Assembly: GCA_030390025.1 (NCBI GenBank)
Contig: CM059438.1
Location: forward strand, 67,706,001-67,770,000
Direction of reading: 5' to 3'
DNA: 64,000 bases
From: Squalus acanthias
Taxonomy: Eukaryota
Shown here piece by piece: positions 1-11,324 of the stretch (position 1 is the first letter of the stretch; each line of letters begins with the position of its first letter). The notes beneath the pieces were generated by a model. The model was given only the letters and a program-made list of their open reading frames with translations, did no database searches and was not told where the DNA came from. The position numbers and the translations under genes were made by a program.

Positions 1-815
1 AGGAATTCAATGCAATTTGCGTCTTTCTTGCTCATTCCCAATAAAATCTTTTATACTAAAACTCAGAACAATACCATCTTGCCATTTCCATTTACCATTT
101 TAGTTTTTCTATGAATAGACTGTGCCAGATAACATGCACATCTTAACCACATTACCCTTACTTCCCGTATCATGATTTTTGAGTAACATTTTTGTGGTCA
201 ACATTTATAATGGGGAAAAAAAGCAAATGTGGCGATCTTATGCCAACATTTATTAAAGGGAAAACTATATGTTAAAATTTTGCCATCACTTTGTTAAATG
301 GAATCACAGAAAATGGTTTTTGAAAAAAAATCATCTCAGTAACTGAAATTTCTAATGTCCAAAATAAGGCTATAAACAAAATGAAAAAAAAAAAAAATGA
401 ATGGCATGTTTCACAATAACATAGTTACATTTGAACATTGCGTTATATTTTATGGGGGAGAAATTCAGTATCGCCCCAGTTTGGGGCGCGATTATCGGCC
501 GGGCGCAAAGTTTAGCGCCTGGTGCTAATTATCACCTCCGACTGCAAACTTGGCTTTTATCGCCCCTGGAGGTGATTGGAGTGCTAAATCAGGCGCTGCA
601 CACTTGTCTTAAGGTGCAAAGGCCGAGGAGCGAGGTGCTAACTCAGAGCACGGGCGCAGCGCAGGTGATGTCAGTTAGCGATGGAACACAGACACACTGG
701 CGCCGGCCAGTTCTTAAAGGGCAGGGTCGGTCTTGCTCTCCAGCGACACCCTGCTCATTGGAGCCTTGAATCTCGGCCTGGAGAGACCTGTGACTACATT
801 TTCCAGCCAAGGACT

Positions 816-2184
816 ATGGAGAGGGTGAGAGAACGAGCTCAGCACTTCAGCGAGCGGGCCTTGGAAGTTCTGGTTGGCACGGTGGAGCGCAGAAGATCTA
901 TACTCTACCCTGAGAGTGGCAGAAGGCCTTTGCCGCGCGACTACAGAAGAGTGTGGAGGGAGGGGGCTCAGCACGTCTCCTCCAGGAGCATGGTGCCCAG
1001 GACCCATACTCAATGTCGCAAAAAGCCCAACGACCTCACTCGGGTCGTCAGGGTGAGTGGCTTTTTTTCATTACCTCTCCATCCCTCCATCTCAACCTCA
1101 CTCTATGGCCAGAGGGTCTTAAAACCCCAATGCCCAACACTCATCCAACACCTATGGCCCTCATGAAACACACACGCACATTCCACACTTTGCATACAGT
1201 AAGGGCTATTCAACTATGGGAGGCACATCAGGCAAGACCATGGCTGTATATTTACTCAGACGCCGTCCTTTTTCTTGCAGGCCAAGCTATCTCATAATAG
1301 GAGACAGCAGCAACGGACGGGTGGAGGGTGGCCTCAGCTGCAACCCCTCAGTGATCTTGAGGTGCGCGTCCACAGGATTGTGGCAAGCCAGGGGATCGGT
1401 CCCGTCGCCCCTGGAGAGGCCGACCCCGTTCGGGACAGCAATGGTAAACTTTCTCTCCTCTCTCATTCCACTTGAACCTCACAATGCCAGCCTTTGACAC
1501 TTTCAATCCAACTTACTAAATCGCTGCACTCATTCCTCCCTTACTGCCCCCCTGTCCTGACGCTAAAGCCACTCTTGTACCTCCCTGCTTTCAGATGGTG
1601 ATTCACCAGCTGAGGAGACGGGCCCTGAAGCTGCCAGTGGGAGCGAAGCCGCAGGTGAGGAGGAAGAGGAAGCCGGAGCATCAGCACCACCCTCTCCCGA
1701 GGAAGCCCATGCCCACACTGGGACCACGTCTTCCCTGGAGGGGAGCAGAGGGGAAGGGTCTGATGAGGGTGAAGCTCCGGGACCCAGCGGGCTGCAGCAA
1801 CGCGATGTGGCTCGGGAAGCTCAGGGGCCTTCTCCCCAGAGGGAGAGTAGGCCAGCGAGTCCTGCTGCACTGGACGCAGAGGAGGAGCGGCTCATCGCTG
1901 AAATGAACACCCAGGCGGTGGACATGCACACTCAGCTCATGGGTGCAGTGGGAAGGGTGCCCGAATGCATTGATGCACTGGCAAGGAGTGTGGAGCACTT
2001 CGCTGTAGCACAGGCAGATGCCACGCTAAAGCTTAGTGCTGCAATTCAGTCACTGGCTGCCGTGATCCCATCTCAGACTGCTCTCATGCAGACTCAGATT
2101 GAGGCCACGCAAGCACTGACTGTTGCCATTCTCGCTGGTTCGGGCACATTTCCCCGGGGCTCTCACCGCGCCGCAGCAGGCTAG
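816..2184 (+). CDS. Harbinger Myb/SANT-like DNA-binding protein, spliced (exons 816-1052, 1281-1443, 1595-2184; ~329 aa)
   Basis: Exon 1 reads MERVRERAQHFSERALEVLV...VWREGAQHVS...THTQCRKKPNDL (trihelix/Myb-SANT). Introns are GT-AG, phases 0 and 1. Exon 2 has the RTGGG motif. The joined frame is open to TAG at 2182-2184; an ancestral C-terminus probably continued (frameshifted) to ~2600. Confidence 0.7.
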
Positions 2185-2875
2185 CAATCTGTGCTCCAGC
2201 ATTTGCTCCGGATGCTGAGGTGCTGCCCCGTGGGAGTGCCAGTGTGTCGGTCGAGCAGGGAGTTGCTGTCCTCTCTCAAGATGACAGCATTCCTACTGCC
2301 ACCACTGTCACTTCCCCATTGCACTTGCCACTACCTGTAGCCCAGACTGCTGCCGCCCATGCAGAGTTGGTGCAGTCTGCAGCCGGGCCCTCCAGGCCCA
2401 GAGCTGGTCGAGGCCGTCCTTCAAGGGCATCTGTAGTCTCAGGTTCTGACAATCAGCAGCCTTCCACCAGCCTTGCTGCAGCCACTGGGGCCCCATTAAG
2501 GAGGAGCAGTACGGTAGGAAGGGGGGGAAGTGCGCAAGGGAAGGAGATCACCCTCGAAGGGCAAAAAGTAGGAGGTGTGACGAAATGTTGGTCAATTTTT
2601 TATTAAAGGCCGAGGTTCGTGTTCAAACTTTGGTTTAGTGTTTTGGACATTATCTCCAGGTTGTGAGAACCAGTTATGTTAATAAATGATTTTTTGTGTT
2701 TGTTTCTATTAGTTTGTCATGAAGAAATGACACACACACAGTTTGTAAAATAAAAAAGTTTTTGTATTAAAAATGTACAGGTTAGGCCTTTGGAATCATT
2801 GCTGCCTTGGCTGGCTTAGGGGTTGCGTTCATTCATGTTGTTCTCCATCCCAGAAGCCATTTCCTCAGTAGGGGC

Positions 2876-3565
2876 CTAGAAGCAGCTTGTTATCAGCCGT
2901 TGACGGACGATCCTTGCAGTTTCAACATTGTGGGCCTCCCTCCCGCCTTGGTGCTGCTGCTGATCATCCTCCTCCTCTTCCTCCTCTTCTTCCTCCTCCT
3001 CTTCCTCTTCCTCTTCCTCCTCCTCCTCCGGTGGTGCTCCAAGGCCTGGTGGCATTGGCTGGATTCTGAGTATTGCTAGGTTATGCAGCATGCAGCACAC
3101 AACTATGAAGAGGGAGACTCGCTCCTCCTGAGTGGTCCAGACAGCGGAACCATTGCTTGAGCACACCGATCTTCTGCTCAACGATGTTCCTGGTGGCGAG
3201 ATGGCTCTCATTGTACCGCAGCTCAGCAGGGGTTTTGGGGTTATGGATCGGTGTCATCAGCCAGGTGCACAGTGGATAACCCTTGTCCCCGAGGAGCCAA
3301 CCACTTGGCTGATGCGGTGCCTGGAAAAGTTCTGGCGCAGGATGAAAGCATCGTGGCTGCTGCCAGGATAGCGGGCATTGACAGCGAGTATCAGCTGTCT
3401 GTGGTCACAGACCAACTGGACGTTTAAGGAGTGGAACCCCTTGCGTTTCAGAAATCCTCTGCATTCTCATGCGGTGCCCGCAATGCCACATGCGTGCAAT
3501 CAATGGCGCCCTGCACCATGCAGAAGCCTGCTATCCTCGCAAAGCCCAATGCGCGTTCATCTGTT
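2876..3565 (-). pseudogene. Harbinger (HARBI1-like) DDE transposase, C-terminal part, disrupted
   Basis: The minus strand encodes [46 protein letters not shown] and CCMLHNLA plus a poly-Glu tail, with stops and frameshifts. Confidence 0.9.
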
Positions 3566-3720
3566 TCATTTCCTGCTTTTTTCTCAGTTCTGACGAAGGG
3601 TCTTCAACCTGAAACGTTAACTCTGTTTCTCTCTCCATGGATGTTGCCTGGCCTGCTGAGTTTTTCCAGCACTTTCTGTTGTTACTTCAGTTTTCCAGCA
3701 TCCGCAGTATTTTGGTATTG
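3566..3720 (+). mobile_element. Penelope-like element terminal fragment with minimal hammerhead motif (3586-3622)
   Basis: AGTT-CTGACGA-A-GGGTC ttc AACCT-GAA-ACGT-T-AACT, followed by a tail shared with the copies at 25812-25938 and 48294-48430. Confidence 0.7.
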
Positions 3721-5449
3721 TAACTAAGGAGCCTCTGCCTAGCTCAGTACCTCAGCTTGCTTCAGACTAACTCATTCGCTGAGATCCTCCAGCTAAAGAT
3801 AGGCCCATAATTGAAAGCTCGTGGCTACAGAGCTGTCCATTAAAGGGACCAGAAAGAATCATTGGTCCGATCCTGCCGACACAGGTCTGACCCATATCTT
3901 CACCCCATAAATAGCTGTCAATCAAAGCTACTGCCCCAAGATGCCAATCACCTTGGATGTTTTGAATTGAAAGAGATAGCCTGATTCATGGATCTGTGCC
4001 AAATATTTTGAATTATCTGCTAGAAGGGTCCCCATCTAGGTATGACATGCGCAATCAAGCCATGCATACCAAGGTCTTTCAGAACTGTGCATGTCTCTGA
4101 AGTGTGAATAATAGTCAGACTATAATATAAATCCTATCTAGCTTGCAGAAAATAGCTAGCATTGACTGACGGTAGCCTTGTGCTTGTATTGAGATCAGCA
4201 ATAAAGAAGCCAATAGATAATCTAACAAAGATGAAAATGCTTCATTTTTCCCAGTCATTACTTACCTTGGTGACCCCAGAACTTGTCCCCCTCCCTCTCA
4301 AAACAGTTGCTCCAATTCTTCTCGTCAGATTTTTATCACTCCGTTCAATCACAATTTAAGATTGCTGTAGTTTTTTTTATGTAGGCATCTGTCACCTGAT
4401 GGATCATTTCATTTTAATAATTTTGCCATGAGTAATTTTCTAAATACGGAAATCCTGATCTGTTCATTAGGGATAGGGCTAAAAAGGGAGGAGAAATTAT
4501 AGCCAAAGCAGAGAAAGGGTAAGGGAGAAGATCAGTATTGACTGAAGGGATAGCAGTGGTGCAACAGCACACATTTCCTCCTCTCATGTTATTGAAGCCT
4601 GAAGGAGAAAAGTGTGACAGTCACTAGTCTTAGTGGCTGTCAGGCTTTTTGTTAGAAAACCACTTCACATTGCTTCATGATATTTCCCATTGGCTCATAC
4701 CCCAGCATTATCGTCATCCTTGGATTATATTATGTGGCTGACATTTCTCATACCTTGAAAATGTTAAGAATAAAGAACATGTGCACCTTAAATGTTAAAG
4801 CTGCAAAAATTATACACTTAATGTTGATATTTATAGAACTGCTATTTCTCTTTAGTTATGCTACTCCATTAAGGCAGTGACTAACTGCCTCATTGGGAGC
4901 CCTCTAGAGAATTTGTTTGTTTTTTCTAGAGTCACTCATTAACTGATTCAGTGCTTATATGTTTCCTGATCCTTGGCTCTCATCCCGTCTTTTCGCTCCC
5001 TGCACAAATCACCCTCTGCTCAATGCAATTGATTTCTGCTATGCAAAGAAAAATAGGGTCGGCCCTTTTCCCTGCTTAAAACCCAGACACTGTTTTAAAC
5101 ACAGTGCCTCTGGGGTGACATTAACCTATTTGTAGGTTTATACTGGTGTTATTTAGTTTGTGCGAAATTAATCAAACTTTATTCCAGTGCCATCTCAAGA
5201 TTGGTTAAATTCAACAGCTTACATTTTATACAAGTAAATGTGCCGATATGCTTTGGTCATTTTGAATACATGTCCAATGTAATTGGTAATAATTCAGCCC
5301 AAGCATCAAGGCCAAGTATACGTGAAACGCTATCGCCATCAGGTCGGGGAGTTTTCTGGGCAGGCTCGGCTCCATGCACACCTATTCCTATTGAAGGTCA
5401 TTATGATGGCCACCGGGAAACGGATATATTGGCAAATATTGATTATTAA

Positions 5450-5770
5450 TGCTGGAAATATCCTCTGAGCTGCCCTGAGCTGCTGAAATCAGGCCGCAAT
5501 GCCGTTGACACATCTTAATGGGATTCCGTTGCGCGTCCGGCAAATTTACCACAGCGGAGAGGGAAAATCTCCGAGGAAATATGCTCCGAAATAAGCTGTG
5601 AGTGGATTTCACTACACTTGACATAAAGGGGAAGCGACAGTTTCATGCTCAGTACGGTGTGGAGTGCATCAGTTCAAAATGCGTAACTTTGATCAATTGC
5701 GCAATTTAACTTTCAAATTAGGGCATCAGTGCTGCTGTAGAAGTTTTGTAATTGGGCCGAATTTCAGTCT
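5450..5770. mobile_element. Decayed Harbinger-type MITE
   Basis: Imperfect TIRs TGCTGGAAAT / ATTTCAGTCT, with TAA on both flanks and a CpG-enriched interior. Confidence 0.4.
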
Positions 5771-6683
5771 TAACCAGGCTTTCATTTTCCTCACCTAGTG
5801 TCCCCGATGATGCTAAGCGTTGCTTCCTGATCAATATTGACTTCCAATCTCATAACTTCTTACAGTAGCTTGAGGTTTACTTTATGCCCTTTTTGGGGAA
5901 AAATGTTTACGGTTCATGTTGGACTTTCATAAACTTAAAACAGGACAGGTTAGAAATTATGGTGATAAGATCCTGGACATTCATTGCAGTGACAGTGGAG
6001 CTCCTGCCAGAATATGACTCCAGGTATATAAAGTGTATTGAAATAAAATCAGTCTTCATTTTATATCTTGTTGATTTAACCATTTGCTGATATTCTTCAT
6101 GACTTTGGCTATAGTATAATTGACCGGCGCAATGTAATCTATTATATACTCAGAATGATGAGTGGTTGCGACATTCTAATGTAATTGTAACTATAGGTGG
6201 CGCTGTGAGCCAGCTAACGTTATGCGACCATCAATCAGCTTACCGCGTGCCCTTTTGTCGGTTGTAACTGCAGTATTTAACATTTTCTAGAGAATGCCAG
6301 ACATCATGGTAAAGGCAAGTCCATAGGCTTGCCTCAGGATTGACAAATGCACATTTTTGCCCCATTCCTGTTCTTGCCAAGTAGCTTGGGTTTCACTCCT
6401 GGGCCCCACTCTGTGTGCCAGCTCCTTTTGGTTCAGTGGCAGTATTGTCACTTGCTGCTGTGCTTCTCTACTCTCACCATTTGTTGAATGGCTGTCCAGC
6501 CATTTTGCCCTCACTTGATTGCTTGTTAGCCCACCCACCTCCTTGGTCTTGCGGTCCTCTGACACTGTTGCTCGCTGCAGCCATCTGTGACAGCCCTGTA
6601 GTAACCAAAAGGGAAGATCTGGTTCCTGGTATTACTTCTCCCCATTCCTGCCAGTCAGCCTCTCAGCGGCATTGTATTTAATG

Positions 6684-6762
6684 AATTTCCCCAGTGAAGC
6701 CCCAATTTTAAAGTAATTTTCCCCAGTGGAGCCTTAATTTTTAATTAATTTTTACCAGTAAA
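6684..6762. repeat. Degenerate tandem repeat, ~33 bp unit, ~2.5-3 copies
   Basis: AATTT(T)CCCCAGTG(A/G)AGCC..AATTTT occurs twice, followed by a decayed third copy. Confidence 0.6.
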
Positions 6763-6939
6763 TCTTCTATTTTTTTTGATCAAAGCAGGGCCTTTATTTA
6801 ATTTGGATTGCTGGTGTGTAAAGACCCTTTCAATTTAACGCCACATCTTTATTTTGTCAACTTTATCAACTTTCTCCTCCAATTTAAATCAATTCACATA
6901 TCCCACACCTTAGCCAACTTTCTTCAATGTATTTCTTTA

Positions 6940-7440
6940 GTGCCTTTTCTCCCCATTCTGTGTCAGGTTGCTTCCCTTCTCTGTTCCCTTTCCTGATCTC
7001 TCCTCCTGTTCTCTTCCACCTCTATTCCCTTTCCCTTCTCCTCGCCCTGTCCTCTTCCTCTCCTTATGTCACTATGTTTTCTCCATCTCCTTTCCCTTCC
7101 CCTCCTTCTCCCTCTTTAAAGTACTTGTGCCACTTGTTACAACTTCCTTTAGCTTCCAACCCTGCTTTATCCCCTGGTGACCTTTGAGTTCCTTTGTCCC
7201 TCCGTCCCCCCCACCGCAGACCTGTGGCTCTTCTCTGGCCTCTCACTATACTATACCCTTCCCCTCCCCACTCGGCGCTACCTTTCTCTTGCACCATCCT
7301 ACCAACCTCTGGCCTTGCTTGCACCCTTCGGCCCCACACTGCTGTATTTCCCTCTGCCTTATTCTCGCCCCATCTTTGCAGTGTTAACCAAGCCTTAGAT
7401 CAATTGTTTTCCACTCTCTGTCCCTTCTTAACTTGAATGC
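6940..7440. repeat. Pyrimidine-rich low-complexity tract
   Basis: Strong C/T bias over ~500 bp. Confidence 0.7.
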
Positions 7441-7599
7441 TACATTTATTAGTCTTGGACTCCCTGTATGCAATGCCATGGCAGATTGCTTTGTGTAAAA
7501 TTAAAGTTTAGGTAAATTATTTCACTTTTGTATGTGGCCTTGTCTCCCTCTGCAATCTCCATGACCTCCCCATGCCATATAATTTCCCCCAACTCTTTA

Positions 7600-9003
7600 A
7601 TTCCTTTGACTCCAGCTTCCTGTACATCTCCCAAATTCACCCCACCATTGATGGCCATGCCTTCAGCTGCCTAGAACCCGCTCTCTGGAATTTGCTCGCT
7701 AAACCCTAATCCACTTCCCTTGTGAAGGAATAAGCAATATACCTATTCAGAAAAATACACCATTCTATGAAAATATTTTGACTTTATTAAAACATGACAA
7801 ACTGGGCTTGAAAATCTGGAAGCCTCAACAATGGAGAAGCTGTGAACAGCATACAGGATATTGAGATAAGATAAGTTGTTGACACTGAAACAATAGCCTT
7901 ATTGAAACAGGAGGTTGGAGGTTCCTAAGGTCTGCAGCTTTGGAAAGAAGACAATGGTGCACCCAGTTGAGGTGTTTTTAATTTACACGTCGTAAAAAGA
8001 TACAAACAGAAGACCTTGGTACAAATGACATCAAATAGATGTACCAGCCATCACATTGTTTTTGTGTTGAACTTGAAACACCTAAAGGTAGAGACACGAG
8101 TCTGCTTGCTACCAGCTGAACTAACTAAGAATAGCAGGAGTCAACAGAAAAATGACTAGAGATAATTTGCTTACATCTGCAGAAAACTTCAAAGGAAATA
8201 CCACTGAGAAAGGGTATAAAAATTGGACTTTCAAATGGGAAGATAGATTCGCTGAAAGGGGCAAAGCGATTCTCGGCTTCAGAGGCAGGCTCTAAGTCTA
8301 CAACTCTGAGTCTTGGGTATCAAAGTTTTTTGATTTTGGTGGATATCCTGGAATAAAACTAAGAACTGTAAATGTAGCCAAGTTAAGATTTGACAATAAG
8401 GATCTCTGATAATAGAATTGTAAGATTTTTGTATTTGGAACTGTTAATGTTGCGATTGAATCACCAACTGTAAATTACATGTTGGTTCTTTAATAAATCT
8501 ATATATTTTTAGAATTTTCTCACATAATACTTCTGTATCAAACTCGCTAACTCAATCTCTGTACGCTCTTTGGTGAGGAGTTGCAGAATTCTGGGGGAGT
8601 TTTCCGGACCCTCATAATATCCAGAACGTTACAGTCTAGCTAAACTTATTAAAAGTGCTATCTGGAGGACGGCAACATCTTCAGGCTGTTCCTTTCCTTT
8701 AGGGAGAGATAGTCTGGACCTTTAGACCCAATTAAGCATCTTTAGGATTCGGCGACCTCTAACTTTAGTTGAAGGTGAACGTCTGGGGAATACGCCTGAT
8801 CCGGGGTAGCCCAAAAGGGGCTAGGACTAGTAATTATCCCTTCACCCTCTCCTCTTTTAAGATTCTCCTTTAAAATCCAAACTTTTGGTCACCCTTCCTT
8901 GGTCACTCCTCCTTATGTTTAGTATCAGATTTGCTCATGCTTTAATGAACTGCCGGAGGGTATTTTTGTATGTTAAAAGTGCGACAACAATGCAAGTTGT
9001 TGT
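7600..9003 (+). mobile_element. L2 LINE 3' fragment split by a solo LTR
   Basis: CCACCATTGATGGCCATGCCTTCAGCTGCCTAG...CTCTGGAATT continues after 8848 as CTCCTCTTTTAAGA...TGCAAGTTGTTG, homologous to the L2 end at 42200-42430. Confidence 0.7.
7721..8844 (+). mobile_element. Solo LTR (~1.12 kb)
   Basis: TG...CA ends with terminal inverted repeat TGAAGGAATAA / TTATCCCTTCA. 4-bp TSD CCCT at 7717-7720 and 8845-8848. TATAAAA at ~8215 and AATAAA at ~8493. Confidence 0.75.
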
Positions 9004-10147
9004 CACCACCGTCATTTCAGGCACAACCTAAAAATTGGTTAAATATACATGCTTGTGCTGCATCTGCAGGTTAAATTAGAGATTAGATGTTCCTCTATCA
9101 TCATATCTTACTATGCTATTATCTTAGTTGGCATCAGCTATATTTGTTAATTGAGTTAGGAATAGACTTAACTTAATAGCCAAAATAATGCAGGTTACTG
9201 TCAAGAGGACCGATTTCTGTAAATGTTGGTGTCCATGTTCTGTTTCTTTGACCGGCTCCACTCAATAAGCTCACATGATAAGTCTGATGTGTCGCTGAAA
9301 CTGTTGGAAGTTACATTATGCACAGATAGTCCTGTCATGATGGAATTTCTTGAAGGTATAAATTTACTTGGAATCATTTGGCTTCATAAATTTTTAATTC
9401 TATCACTCTGTCACTTCTACAATGAAGATCCCTTATTCTCGCCATTTTAAACTGACAGGCAACAAGCCGTTGCTGCTAATAGGGATAGCCACACTTGTTC
9501 TTGCATTATTCAGAGGCCTTGCTTTTGAATGTCGAGAGTTGACATCTGTTTGCGGGCTTTGAGGTGCCGATCCAGCAATTGCATAGAGCTTCCTGAATGT
9601 AACAGCTCAGAAATAGGAATTCCTGCGGGCCTGATTCATTGAGCAACTGTTTTTTTTGTTCCATAGGAGCAAAGTCTAGTGATGCGTAAAATTAAGCAAA
9701 CTAGTTATTTTTGAGATATGTTAAAAAAATCTGCAACTGTTCATCCCTGTTTGTGGACATGCAGCAGTGGTGCTCCTAGTACTGCCCAGAGCCACTGGCA
9801 GCTCACCTCCCCATCCTTTGTCGCCCTTGGCCAATCGGTTGTTCTCTGGACCGCTGTGGCCGCAGCCTGTTGGATATTGCTGGAGCCGACGTTTCCTTCC
9901 CTTTTCTTGCTCATGAGACAAAGGAGGAGAGAAGTGCTGTTGGGTGGGTGAACCATCTCTGCACCCAAAGACCAGGTGAAGTAGCCCGAATAATGTACAG
10001 CTATACAACAGAACAATTGGCCCTCTACATTTTCCCCTTCGGTGCTCACAGTGATGCAGCATTCAGCAGAGAGGCCCTCGAGCAAGACTTGTATTGGATT
10101 GGTGTTTAACAATAAGCTTAGTCTCACTGGCGTGCAACACAATTAGC

Positions 10148-10876
10148 GGGGAATAGTTTCCACTAGTTTGAGCTACTTGCAGCACAATCCGGGTGCAATT
10201 GGCCGAACCAGCGCCAAAGATCACAGAAACTCGAGCATCAGTTACATGAAGTGTAAATGGGAGTTTCTGTGATCTTTAAAGCTGGTTTAAAAATCATTTT
10301 GCTCGAAGCCGGCCCCATCCACAAAACTGGCCACGCCCCCAGATCGAAATAATGAGCATGCTGGGTTTCCACCGATAGCGTCCGTTTGTATCAGTTCGAG
10401 GAGGCTCTTCAAATTGAGCTTGTTTTCTCAGGCGCACAGGCACTAGTACGCACGTTTTTTTAAACATTTTTACATGTACTAAAATATTTAATTTACCAAG
10501 AAACTGGCTCGTGTACAACAATGAAACTAGTAAATGGTCCAATATATTTTTATAAGTCATTTTCAGTGATTTATGTCAGTTTACTCAGGTGGTGGCCTAG
10601 ACACTCTTATTAAACATGCTTATTTTTTATGACTAAACCATTTTCAGCTGTATTCATACCGCTCTTAAATACATCATGGAATATTTTTTAATGCAAAGAG
10701 GGGAAAAAAAAACTTTTTATTACACTGACCGATTGCGCTGGCTCATGGAAAATGTTATGTTTGTGATTATACAAATGCATTTTAGTGGAAACTTGAATGG
10801 TAACTTAACCATCACAATTTCAAGTGCAATTTGCGTCCAATTTCCCGATTCCGCCCAAAGTGGGAAAAACTACCCA
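10148..10876. mobile_element. MITE-like non-autonomous DNA transposon with internal hairpin
   Basis: Weak TIR similarity (GGGGAATAGTTTCCACT / AGTGGGAAAAACTACCC), AT-rich centre, and a perfect 17-bp stem at 10216-10277. Confidence 0.45.
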
Positions 10877-11324
10877 ACAAGTTTAAGGAGTGGTAAAGTC
10901 ATTGGAATATCTGGGTGTTAAAATAAGCAAGCATGTTTCTTTTTGAAAGTGACATCTTATGGAAAAATAGCTCATCAGACTTGAAAATATGAAATCTGTC
11001 TATTGGCAGCCAGGCATACTGGCAACAGTGACTTTATTTTTTTTTAAAGCCCATTTGTTCAGCATTGTATCTAAGATGAGACCATCTGATCCCTGGCAGC
11101 TTAATGGAAGGGAAGAATGGTGGCCCAATAATAACATGACGGAGTCTATGGGAGCGCAATGAAACTGACTTCCTTTCTTGTCAGTGAAACTTAAGTATTT
11201 TACTTTTTTTGGTGTTTGAAGTGATCTTAATTCTTGGTGATGACCGTGCTCAATTTAAAGCTTGACTGTTTTACTGTTCACTCATGCCCCAGTTAGACTG
11301 TCTGTTTGGTGTTAGTGTGACATT

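Larger units (their letters stand above)
454..3565. mobile_element. PIF/Harbinger DNA transposon A, truncated on the transposase side
   Basis: Left TIR GGGGGAGAAATT preceded by TAT. Its first ~390 bp match the reverse complement of the right end of the 29121-30013 derivative. It carries a Myb/SANT gene (+) and a convergent transposase remnant (-). It stops at a Penelope-like fragment and has no right TIR. Confidence 0.9.

Noticed and set aside
2807..3079. Hydrophobic membrane-protein-like ORF and most other short six-frame ORFs
   Set aside because: Antisense or off-frame shadows of the transposase poly-Glu tract and other repeats.
3719..4220. Possible LTR beginning TGTAAC
   Set aside because: No matching CA end with a TSD found.
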